A model generated the notes under the pieces. It was not told the DNA's origin and did no database searches. It saw nothing but the letters and a program-made list of their open reading frames with translations. Positions 1 through 8,287 of a DNA stretch of 64,000 bases are shown in pieces. The DNA is from Thermoanaerobaculia bacterium (GTDB lineage: Bacteria > Acidobacteriota > Thermoanaerobaculia > UBA5066), in NCBI GenBank assembly GCA_963816185.1, contig CAWFJJ010000029.1:96001-160000 (forward strand), read 5' to 3'. Within the stretch, counting starts at the first letter, position 1. Every line of letters starts with the position of its first letter. The position numbers and the translations under genes are program-made.

Positions 1-1596
1 AACAGCCGCGACATCTTTCTCCTCGACCTCAAGTCGAAGGCCGTGCGAAACCTCACGAACGACCCGGAGTACGACGAGGCGCCCGTCTTTTCGCCCGACG
101 GCAAGTTCGTCTATCACAGCAAGATCGTCAACGGCCTCTCGAAGATCGTCCGTTTCCCGCTCGCCGACGCCTCGAAGGCCGAACAGGTGACGTGGGGCGA
201 CGGCAACGACGAAGACCCCTCGTTCTCGCCCGACGGCAAGCGGATCTACTACACGTCCTCGCGCGGCGGCATCTACAACATCTACGGGCAGGATCTCGCG
301 ACCGGCGAGATCCTCCAGTACACCGACGTGATCGGCGCCGCCCTGGGGCCAGCGGCTTTCATCGGCCCGGACGGCCAGGAGAAGATCGTTTTCTCGGGCT
401 TCCAGGGCCTGCGCTTCCAGCTTTACGCCGCCGACGCGAAGAAGCCTTTCCGGAAGCTGGACGAAAAGGCGCTGCCGCCCGCTCCGCTCAAGACGGGAGG
501 GACCGCCGCCTTCGTGCCGGCCGTGGAGGTCGCGGTCGATCCCGAGAAGCTCTCGCGCCCGAAATTCAAGATGTTCCTCGACAACGCGCAGGTTCTCGCG
601 GGAGTCAACTCCGACCAGACTTTCGTGTCGCAGATCCTCCTGTCCTTCTCGGATTACCTCGGCGACCGGCGCGCGTTTTTCCAGTTTGACTCGGTCTCCA
701 CGTTCTCGAACTTCCGTGTCGGCTACTTCAACATCGCCAAGCGCTTTCAGTGGGGCGCCCAGGTCTACGACGACCGCGAGTACTTCTACGGGTACGACTA
801 CCAGACCGGCGATTTCACGCGAGACCAGCGCATCGCGCGAAACACGGGCGTCTCGGTGGACGGCTACTACCCGATCTCGCGTTACACGCGCATCGAAGGA
901 AACGTCGGGTTCGTGAGCCGCGCCCTCGACGTCCCGTACAGCGTCTTCAATCTCGATGGGACGCAGCAGATCAACTACAACCCGCGCACGGACAACGTGC
1001 CGACCGCGGGGATCGGGTTTTCGTACGACACGACCCGTTACGCCAGCTTCGGGCCGCAGGCCGGCAAGCGGCTCGACGTCAATCTGCAATACACGCCTTC
1101 GTTCAAGACGGGCGAGACGAGCCTCACGACCGACGCCTTCCTCGACGGCCGGATCTATCTGCCGCTGTCGCGGCGGGTCCTCTTCGCGTTCCGCGGCTTC
1201 GGCGGCATCGCGCGGGGCGCGGCGCCCACGGTCTACTATTTCGGCGGCCTCGACACGCTGCGCGGCTACGACTTCCGGAGCATCATCGGCAACAACGTCT
1301 TCTATGTGAACTCGGAGTTCCGCTTCCCCCTCGTGGACGTCCTCGCGACGCCGATCCTGCAGTTCGGAGGGATCCGCGGCCACATCTTCGTGGACATCGG
1401 CGGCGCCTGGCTCAACGACCAGTCGTTTCAGTTCTGGCAGGCCGGACGGCTGAAGGACGGGCACGCGTCCTACGGCGCCGGCTTCAGCATCTATTTCCTC
1501 GGCCTCCCGTGGAACGTGGACTTCTCGAAGCAGTGGGATTTCCGAACGGCCCTGTCGGGCACGCAGGCCACGTTCTACGTCGGGACGACTTTCTGA
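1..1596 (+). CDS. Outer-membrane protein with PD40/TolB-like repeats and C-terminal BamA/TamA (Omp85-type) barrel; 5' end lies outside the window
   Basis: Frame open from base 1; FSPDGK propeller repeats, LRGY barrel motif, NSEFRFPL, terminal Phe (GTTF). Confidence 0.75.
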   Translation, partial: NSRDIFLLDLKSKAVRNLTNDPEYDEAPVFSPDGKFVYHSKIVNGLSKIVRFPLADASKAEQVTWGDGNDEDPSFSPDGKRIYYTSSRGGIYNIYGQDLATGEILQYTDVIGAALGPAAFIGPDGQEKIVFSGFQGLRFQLYAADAKKPFRKLDEKALPPAPLKTGGTAAFVPAVEVAVDPEKLSRPKFKMFLDNAQVLAGVNSDQTFVSQILLSFSDYLGDRRAFFQFDSVSTFSNFRVGYFNIAKRFQWGAQVYDDREYFYGYDYQTGDFTRDQRIARNTGVSVDGYYPISRYTRIEGNVGFVSRALDVPYSVFNLDGTQQINYNPRTDNVPTAGIGFSYDTTRYASFGPQAGKRLDVNLQYTPSFKTGETSLTTDAFLDGRIYLPLSRRVLFAFRGFGGIARGAAPTVYYFGGLDTLRGYDFRSIIGNNVFYVNSEFRFPLVDVLATPILQFGGIRGHIFVDIGGAWLNDQSFQFWQAGRLKDGHASYGAGFSIYFLGLPWNVDFSKQWDFRTALSGTQATFYVGTTF

Positions 1597-1654
1597 CGGG
1601 AAGTTCCTCGCCGGCAGACCGGCCCTTCTCGGGCGGTGTGCATAATCTGCGGCC

Positions 1655-2416
1655 GTGCGCGTTCGCGTCCTCGGAGCCCACGGCGGCTCCTCGCCTTTCC
1701 ATCGCCAGACGTCGTTTCTGGTAAACGGCACCGTCTGCGTGGACGCGGGCTCTCTCACCGACGCGCTCACGCTCGACGAGCAGGCGTGCGTCCGCGCCGT
1801 CCTCGTGACGCACGCCCACATGGACCATGTCGCATCCCTTCCCTTCCTGGTCGAGAACGTCTTCGGGCGGAACGGTTCGCCCCTCGAGATCGTGGCCCCC
1901 GAGGAGGTCCTCGCGGCCCTGAGGGCGCACCTCTTCAATGACGCCCTCTGGCCGGACTTCTCGCGCCTGCCGAATGACGTCCTTCCCACCGTCACGTTTC
2001 GCGCGATCCCGACCGGGACCCCGTGCGAGGTCGCGGGCATCGTGGTAACGGCGGTTCCCGTGTCACACGTCGTGCCGACCTGCGGCTACATCCTCGAGGA
2101 CGAAGGCGCGTGCGTCGTCTTCTCGGGCGACACGGGCCCCACGGAAGCGCTGTGGAAGGCGGCGCGAGCGCGCCGGGACGTAAAGGGGTTCTTCGTCGAG
2201 TGCTCGTTCCCGAACGCGCTCCAGAATCTCGCAGACCTCTCGAAGCACCTCACGCCCGCGACGCTGCGCGCGGAGATGGAGAAGCTGCCGTCCGGCGCTC
2301 CCATCTACCTCTACCACATGAAACCGCCGACGCTCGAGCGCCTCCGCGCCGAAGTCGCTGCGCTCGGGAACGGGCGCGTCTCTCTTCTCGCCGACGGCGA
2401 CGAGCTGACGTTCTAG
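1655..2416 (+). CDS. MBL-fold metallo-hydrolase, 3',5'-cyclic-nucleotide phosphodiesterase-like
   Basis: THAHMDH metal motif, FSGDTGP, ECSFPN, HLTP and YHMKP motifs. Confidence 0.8.
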   Translation: MRVRVLGAHGGSSPFHRQTSFLVNGTVCVDAGSLTDALTLDEQACVRAVLVTHAHMDHVASLPFLVENVFGRNGSPLEIVAPEEVLAALRAHLFNDALWPDFSRLPNDVLPTVTFRAIPTGTPCEVAGIVVTAVPVSHVVPTCGYILEDEGACVVFSGDTGPTEALWKAARARRDVKGFFVECSFPNALQNLADLSKHLTPATLRAEMEKLPSGAPIYLYHMKPPTLERLRAEVAALGNGRVSLLADGDELTF

Positions 2417-2440
2417 CCGTCCGGAGAGCTCGAAGAGCTC
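2026..2440 (+). repeat. 415-bp direct repeat, copy 1 (3' half of the phosphodiesterase gene plus 24 bp downstream)
   Basis: Matches 2964-3378 at offset 938 with 3 mismatches (2035/2973, 2248/3186, 2365/3303). Confidence 0.95.
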
Positions 2441-2963
2441 CGACTCAAGGTGGAAGAAGAGTGTCTTACGAAAGACCTCCGTAGGGAACTTCCGGCGGAA
2501 GAAGACGGCGTAACGGTCTACTTCGATCGTGATCCGCGACACAGTCCCCGCATACTCTCAATTCGGGTCTTGCGGCCGACGACGAGAAAAATAGTGAAGC
2601 GTCGCGTACGATCCGACGACGAGCCTCTTCAAGCAGAACCAGTCTCTAGTGAAAGACGAGAAGCGTTGAGAGGATCGCGGGCTCTTCGCGCGTCTCATAG
2701 AATAGAGAGACGAACTAGAGATAGAGCGAGAAGAGCTTCTAGAGAGCGACGCGATTAGAAGCAAGGAGCGAGTACTCGAGCCGACTCTAAGAGTCGAGGA
2801 TCGTCATGAATATAGAGCTAAACAATAGAGCACGCGATCGTCGAGAACGCGTAGCGCGAAAGGCTATATTGCTCCCTCTAGCTTCGTACTTATGAAGACG
2901 ACAACGAGAGACTTAATCTGCAAATTTCTACGAATGGAGAAAAAATTTAGACCTTCGTCGAGA
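2441..2963. other. 523-bp compositionally foreign segment between the direct repeats
   Basis: A-rich and TA/TAG-rich compared with flanks; no recognisable protein in its ORFs. Confidence 0.7.
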
Positions 2964-3378
2964 CGAGGTCGCAGGCATCGTGGTAACGGCGGTTCCCGTG
3001 TCACACGTCGTGCCGACCTGCGGCTACATCCTCGAGGACGAAGGCGCGTGCGTCGTCTTCTCGGGCGACACGGGCCCCACGGAAGCGCTGTGGAAGGCGG
3101 CGCGAGCGCGCCGGGACGTAAAGGGGTTCTTCGTCGAGTGCTCGTTCCCGAACGCGCTCCAGAATCTCGCAGACCTCTCGAAGCATCTCACGCCCGCGAC
3201 GCTGCGCGCGGAGATGGAGAAGCTGCCGTCCGGCGCTCCCATCTACCTCTACCACATGAAACCGCCGACGCTCGAGCGCCTCCGCGCCGAAGTCGCTGCG
3301 CTTGGGAACGGGCGCGTCTCTCTTCTCGCCGACGGCGACGAGCTGACGTTCTAGCCGTCCGGAGAGCTCGAAGAGCTC
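2964..3378 (+). pseudogene. Direct-repeat copy 2: 5'-truncated duplicate of the phosphodiesterase gene
   Basis: ORF 2980-3354 is identical in protein to the C-terminus of 1655-2416 but lacks THAHMDH; in-frame TAA upstream at 2914. Confidence 0.85.
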
Positions 3379-3407
3379 GAGGGCGGCTCGTTTCGAGGAG
3401 CCCCTGA

Positions 3408-4193
3408 TCAGGAGCCGCGATGAAGGAGAGAGGCGAGGCCACGCTGGCCGGTCTCGGAGAACCAGGAGTCGACGAAGGCCTTTCGCCCCTCGGGGAGCAC
3501 GTTCTGCGCCCTCTCGTAGGCCGCTCCCCTGAGGTCGCGCTTGATGGCCGTGTATACGTCGCTCGAGGCGCCGCCGAGCTGCTCGGCGAACTTCACCGCC
3601 TCCTCGAGGAGGAGGTCCTGCGGAACGATCCGGTCGATCGCGCCCAGGACGTGCGCCTCGCGGAACGGCATCGTCTCTCCGAGGAGCGCCCAGCGCGTGA
3701 GCGTCTGCTCGCCGACCGTGCTGCGAATCGCTTCCATGCAGTGGCGCGGCAGGTGGACCCCGAGCCGCACCCCCGGCAAGCCGATCGTGCCGGGCCCCTC
3801 GGCCGCGAAACGAAAGTCCGCCGTGGCGGCGAGGAGGGCGCCGCCGGCTACGGCGTGGCCCGTCAGCGCCGCGACGAGCGGCTTGCCGAGCAGGAACAGA
3901 TCGAAGAAAAGCGCGTCGAACACGCGGGCGAACCGGGCAAAGTCTTCCGCGCTGGCCTTCGCGAGCCTCAGGTCAAACCCGCCGCAGAAGATCTTAGGCG
4001 AGCGGGACGTCAGGACGACGCCGCGGACGGCCGGATCCTCCTGCGCCCCCAGGGCGGCCTCCTGCAGGGCGACGGCGAACTCGGTCGAAATGGCGTTCGC
4101 CTTGCCCCGGCCCATCGCGAGGATCCTCACGCCGCCCCGATCCTCCACGAGAAGGTCGTTGGGGGCGTCCAACGTGACGGCGTGCGCGCTCAA
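3408..4193 (-). CDS. Enoyl-CoA hydratase/isomerase (crotonase) family protein
   Basis: KANAI, FCGGFDL, KPLVAALTGHAVAGG motifs. Confidence 0.85.
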   Translation of the reverse strand: MSAHAVTLDAPNDLLVEDRGGVRILAMGRGKANAISTEFAVALQEAALGAQEDPAVRGVVLTSRSPKIFCGGFDLRLAKASAEDFARFARVFDALFFDLFLLGKPLVAALTGHAVAGGALLAATADFRFAAEGPGTIGLPGVRLGVHLPRHCMEAIRSTVGEQTLTRWALLGETMPFREAHVLGAIDRIVPQDLLLEEAVKFAEQLGGASSDVYTAIKRDLRGAAYERAQNVLPEGRKAFVDSWFSETGQRGLASLLHRGS

Positions 4194-4206
4194 GGGGCCA
4201 ATGTTC

Positions 4207-4785
4207 TCACGCGTGAGGCCGGCCGGAGAGGAAGAGGCCGAGGACGCGCCGGTCGTCCGTCAGCTCCGGATGAAACGTGGCGGCCGTGACGTTGCCTTTG
4301 CGCACGAGCACGGGATCTCCGTCGCGCCGGGCGAGGACTTCGACGGACGGATCGATTGCGGAGATCCTCGGAGCGCGGATGAAGACCGCCTCGAGCGGCT
4401 CTTTTCCAAGAGCTCCCGGGTCGACGTCCGTGAGATACACGATGGACGAGTCGAGCTGCCGCCCGTAGGCGTTGCGCACGACCGTCATCGGGAGGAGGCC
4501 GAGCCCCTCCGCGGGAGGTCCTTCCACGTCGCGCGCGAGGAGGATCGCTCCCGCACAGGTCCCGAGGACGGGGTCGCCGCGGCGGGCGACGGTCAGGATC
4601 GCGTCCTCGATACCCGTCCCGTCCATCAGCTTTCGGAACGTGGTCGACTCGCCGCCGGGGAGGACGAGGCCCTCGGATTCCAGGATCTCGTCCGCGTCGC
4701 GGACCTCCCGCGCGGCGACCCCCGCACGCCGGAGCGCGTCGACGTGCGCCTCGAAGTCGCCCTGGAGAGCGAGGACCCCGATCAC
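4207..4785 (-). CDS. pdxT: PLP synthase glutaminase subunit
   Basis: GVLALQG, LPGGESTT, GTCAG, RNAYGRQ, FIRAP, FHPE. Confidence 0.95.
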   Translation of the reverse strand: MIGVLALQGDFEAHVDALRRAGVAAREVRDADEILESEGLVLPGGESTTFRKLMDGTGIEDAILTVARRGDPVLGTCAGAILLARDVEGPPAEGLGLLPMTVVRNAYGRQLDSSIVYLTDVDPGALGKEPLEAVFIRAPRISAIDPSVEVLARRDGDPVLVRKGNVTAATFHPELTDDRRVLGLFLSGRPHA

Positions 4786-4788
4786 CGC

Positions 4789-5706
4789 TTACCAGCCGCG
4801 GGTCTGGAGCAGCTCGGCCTCGGTGAGCTTCGCGGCTTCGATGCCTTTCATCCCTTCGCCGAGGTCCTCGGACGCCTTCGCGATCCGCGCCGGGTCCTGG
4901 AAGTGCGTCGTCGCCTCGACGATGGCGCGCGCGCGTTTCGCCGGGTCGGCGGACTTGAAGATCCCCGAGCCCACGAAGACCGCTTCCGCGCCCAGCATCC
5001 GGCAGAGCGCGGCGTCCGCGGGCGTCGCGATGCCGCCGGCGGCGAAGTTCGGGACGGGTAGGCGCCCGTACGCGGCGACCCACGCGACGAGCTCGAAGGG
5101 AGCCCCGAGGTTCTTCGCCGCGGCCATCCACTCGTCCTTCGTGAGGAGCGTGAGTGCCTTGATCTGCCGCGTGACGTCGCGGAGGTGCTTCACCGCGTGG
5201 ACGATGTCGCCCGTGCCGGCCTCGCCCTTCGTCCGGATCATGGCCGCTCCCTCACCGATGCGGCGGAGCGCCTCGCCGAGGTTCCGGCAGCCGCACACGA
5301 ACGGCACCTTGTAGTCGTGTTTGTAGACGTGGTTCTCTTCGTCGGCCGGCGTGAGCACCTCGGATTCGTCGATGAAATCCACCTCGAGGGCCTCGAGGAT
5401 CCGCGCCTCGGCGAGGTGGCCGATGCGGCACTTCGCCATGACGGGAATCGACACGGTCGCTTCGATCTCGCGGATCTTCGCGACAGGAGACATCCGCGCG
5501 ACCCCGCCCTCGCGGCGGATGTCGGCCGGGACCCGCTCGAGCGCCATGACCGCGGCGGCGCCGGCGTCCTCGGCGATCTTCGCCTGCTCGGCATCGACGA
5601 CGTCCATGATGACGCCGCCCTTGAGCATCTCGGCGAGGCCGACTTTCACGCGGAACTCGTCGGACGAAAACGGAGAGGTGAGCTGGAATCCGCTGATGGG
5701 GGTCAT
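4789..5706 (-). CDS. pdxS: PLP synthase lyase subunit
   Basis: [41 protein letters not shown]. Confidence 0.97.
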   Translation of the reverse strand: MTPISGFQLTSPFSSDEFRVKVGLAEMLKGGVIMDVVDAEQAKIAEDAGAAAVMALERVPADIRREGGVARMSPVAKIREIEATVSIPVMAKCRIGHLAEARILEALEVDFIDESEVLTPADEENHVYKHDYKVPFVCGCRNLGEALRRIGEGAAMIRTKGEAGTGDIVHAVKHLRDVTRQIKALTLLTKDEWMAAAKNLGAPFELVAWVAAYGRLPVPNFAAGGIATPADAALCRMLGAEAVFVGSGIFKSADPAKRARAIVEATTHFQDPARIAKASEDLGEGMKGIEAAKLTEAELLQTRGW

Positions 5707-5719
5707 GGCTGGTGCCTCC

Positions 5720-7243
5720 TCAGATCTGAATCAGAGCCGCTTCGGCGGCTTGCGCCGCCTCGCGGACTTCGCGTGCGGGGGTTTTTTGCCGGCGTGCGGC
5801 CTGCCGGGCAAGGTCGCGCGCCGCCGCGCCCGCGATCTCGATGGCCTTCTCGAGGTCGGAGGCGGACCCGCGCGCCACGGAGATCCGGATCGCCGCCACG
5901 TCCGACTGATCGGCCATGAAATCCGCGCCTTGAGAGACCAGGACGCCCTTCTCGCGCGCCGCTCCGGCGAGAGCGCGGCCCGACACGCCGGGGGGAAGCT
6001 CCGCCCAGAGCACGTATCCCCCGGAGGGCCGATCGACGCGCGTCCCGATCGGAAACCGGTTCACGAGCGTGCGATGTGCGAGCGCGAGGCGATGTTTCAG
6101 GCGGCTCCGCATCTTCGCGAGATGCCGGTCGTAGTCGCCCCGGACGAGAAAGAGGTTCAACGCGGCCTGCAGGACCGGCGGGGACGTCAGCTCTCCGACG
6201 CGCTTGAGCGCCGCGAGCCGATGGACGAATTCCTTCGGCCCCGAGATCCACCCGACCCTGACGCCCGGGAAGAGCGCCTTGGAGATCGTGCCGAGGTGGA
6301 CCACGTGCGCCGGCGCGAGCGCCGCGAGCGGCTGCGGCAGCGCGCCTTCGACGAGGAGGTCGGCGTCGAACGCGTCCTCGACGAGAAGGACGCCCTCCGC
6401 CGCCGCGCGCTCGGCGATCTCCGCGCGGCGGGCGGGAGAAAAGAGAAGGCCCGTGGGATTCTGAAAATCCGGACTCGTGTAGGCGAACTTCGGTCTCTCG
6501 AGGAGCGCGCGCTCGAACGCTTTGAGCGCGAGACCGGCCCCGTCCAGCGGCACGCCGACGAGCCGCGCCCGGTGCGCGCGGAAGAGGGAAAGCGCCCCCG
6601 CATACGACGGGATCTCGACGACGACCGGGTCGCCCGGATCGACCAGCGCGCGCGTGATGAGGTCCAGCCCCTGCTGTGCCCCGTTCACGATGAGGAGCGC
6701 ATCCGGGTCGGCCGGGATGCCGCGCTTGGCGAGGCGCTCGGCGAGCGTCTCGCGGAGCGGCCGGTAGCCGAACGGCGAGCCGTACGCGAGGAGTGAGCCG
6801 TCGCGCGCCACGTCGGCGAGAAGCGCCGCGAAGGCCGCCGCCGGGAAGTCCCGCTCGTCCGGCGCGAGGCGCGAAAGGTCGTAGGGTACCGAAACCGGCT
6901 CCGTGGCCGGAGGCTCGGAGAGGATGCGGGTCAGGAGGGACGACGCGATGCGGTCCCATGCGGGCGCCGGGCCGAGCACGGGAAAAGCGCTGGAGCGGCG
7001 CGCGACTCGCGTTCCCCCGCCCTTGTTCGTCTCGATCCAACCCTCGCGCTTGAGGATCTGCAGGGCCTGGTGCACGGTCGCCCGATTCACTTCAAGCGCC
7101 CGCGCCAGGTCGCGCGACGCCGGCAGGCGCTCCCCTTCGAGGTGCCGGCCACGGCGGATGTCGCGGATGATGGCGTCCGCGATCGTCCGGTAGAGCGGCA
7201 CGCGTACGGGCGCGGCGGCGGAGTCGGGCGGGTTCCTCACCAT
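5720..7243 (-). CDS. MocR/GabR-family regulator (GntR wHTH + PLP-binding aminotransferase domain), PdxR-like
   Basis: [10 protein letters not shown]...VNRATV w[22 protein letters not shown] with PLP lysine; directly upstream of pdxS; start chosen at ATG 7243. Confidence 0.85.
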   Translation of the reverse strand: MVRNPPDSAAAPVRVPLYRTIADAIIRDIRRGRHLEGERLPASRDLARALEVNRATVHQALQILKREGWIETNKGGGTRVARRSSAFPVLGPAPAWDRIASSLLTRILSEPPATEPVSVPYDLSRLAPDERDFPAAAFAALLADVARDGSLLAYGSPFGYRPLRETLAERLAKRGIPADPDALLIVNGAQQGLDLITRALVDPGDPVVVEIPSYAGALSLFRAHRARLVGVPLDGAGLALKAFERALLERPKFAYTSPDFQNPTGLLFSPARRAEIAERAAAEGVLLVEDAFDADLLVEGALPQPLAALAPAHVVHLGTISKALFPGVRVGWISGPKEFVHRLAALKRVGELTSPPVLQAALNLFLVRGDYDRHLAKMRSRLKHRLALAHRTLVNRFPIGTRVDRPSGGYVLWAELPPGVSGRALAGAAREKGVLVSQGADFMADQSDVAAIRISVARGSASDLEKAIEIAGAAARDLARQAARRQKTPAREVREAAQAAEAALIQI

Positions 7244-7249
7244 GCCGCG

Positions 7250-7300
7250 ATGTTGCCGTTGGCCTAGACCAAGGTCAAACAGAGCACGAGATAGGACCAA
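7250..7300 (-). promoter_or_regulatory. Putative sigma70 promoter of the MocR gene with candidate operator
   Basis: Minus strand TTGACC (7278-7273), 17 nt, CAACAT (7255-7250), 6 nt, ATG; imperfect palindrome TTGGCCTAGACCAA 7259-7272 and second GACCAA at 7295-7300. Confidence 0.55.
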
Positions 7301-7327
7301 CCAAGTACGAACGGATCCCGACCGCTC

Positions 7328-7609
7328 TCACTCGCCACGGGAGAGGAGAGCGGCATAGGCGCGCTCCATCTCCTCGGCGAAAAGCAGATCCCACTCGCGC
7401 GAGCCCTCGACGACGCGCCGCGTCTTGGCGAGAAGCTTCTTCTCCGTCTCGCGGGAGAGGCGCTCGTTCTCCTTGTCCCACGCGAGGATCGCCTGGAGGA
7501 TGTGGTTCCTCAGGTACTCGCGCTCCGCAGAGAAAGCGACGCCCGGCGTCTTCGAAAGACGCTGGACCATTCGGTGCGAGAGATCCACGGCGCGCTCACG
7601 GGAGATCAA
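7328..7609 (-). CDS. DUF507-like small helical protein
   Basis: ISRE..LSH N-terminus and VVEGSREWDLLF C-terminal motif resemble DUF507; TTG start overlaps upstream stop. Confidence 0.6.
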   Translation of the reverse strand: MISRERAVDLSHRMVQRLSKTPGVAFSAEREYLRNHILQAILAWDKENERLSRETEKKLLAKTRRVVEGSREWDLLFAEEMERAYAALLSRGE

Positions 7610-8259
7610 TGGATCCGCCTCGGGCCGTCGGACTGGGGGTTTCTCAGGGATGCCACGCCGCGCGCCGTCAACGGATGCTCGAAGAGCCGGTCCAACACAG
7701 CGAAGGGGAGCGTCGCGACATCCGCCCCCAGAGCGGCTGCATCGAGGACGTGGATCGGGTTCTGGATGCCCTGCACGCAGATCTGCGTCTCCAGCCCGTA
7801 GTTGTCGAAAACGCGGACGATGGACTCGACGACGTCCATTCCGATCTGCCCCGCGTCGTCCAGCTCGCCGACGGAAGGGCTGACGTACGCGCTGCCCGCT
7901 CGTGCGGCGAGAAGGGCCTGCATGGCCGTGTAGACGAGGCCCACGTCCGTGGCGATCTGCTCGTCGCCGAGGAGCCGCACGACGCGGAGGCCCTCGCGCG
8001 TCATCGGCACGCGCAGGACCACGTTCTTTCCGTGCTTGTGCAGTTCGCGAGCCTCCTTGTACATCGCCTTCGGGTCGCCGGTGGCGAGGGTCGCGATCAC
8101 CGGGCCGTCCCCCACCTGCGCGAGGTCGGCGAGGACGCGCCGGGAGTCGCGCCCGCTCATCTCGGCGGACTCGGGCCGGAGGAGGATTCCGTCCAGAAAG
8201 CCCCAGTCGCGCACCCGGCGGGCCTCTTCGGGGTCGGCGGTGTCGAGGAAGAAACGCAT
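7606..8259 (-). CDS. Transaldolase/fructose-6-phosphate aldolase (TalC/FSA) family homolog, catalytic residues replaced
   Basis: FFLDTA, QALLAARAG, YVSP, FDNYG, HPLT framework present; Schiff-base Lys position is Arg83. Confidence 0.85.
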   Translation of the reverse strand: MRFFLDTADPEEARRVRDWGFLDGILLRPESAEMSGRDSRRVLADLAQVGDGPVIATLATGDPKAMYKEARELHKHGKNVVLRVPMTREGLRVVRLLGDEQIATDVGLVYTAMQALLAARAGSAYVSPSVGELDDAGQIGMDVVESIVRVFDNYGLETQICVQGIQNPIHVLDAAALGADVATLPFAVLDRLFEHPLTARGVASLRNPQSDGPRRIH

Positions 8260-8287
8260 CGAGGCGCGGAGTGTACCCGTCCGAGGC

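Noticed and set aside
2026-3378. Diversity-generating retroelement TR/VR pair
   Set aside because: Differences are not adenine-specific (two are C/T), all are synonymous, and no reverse transcriptase is present
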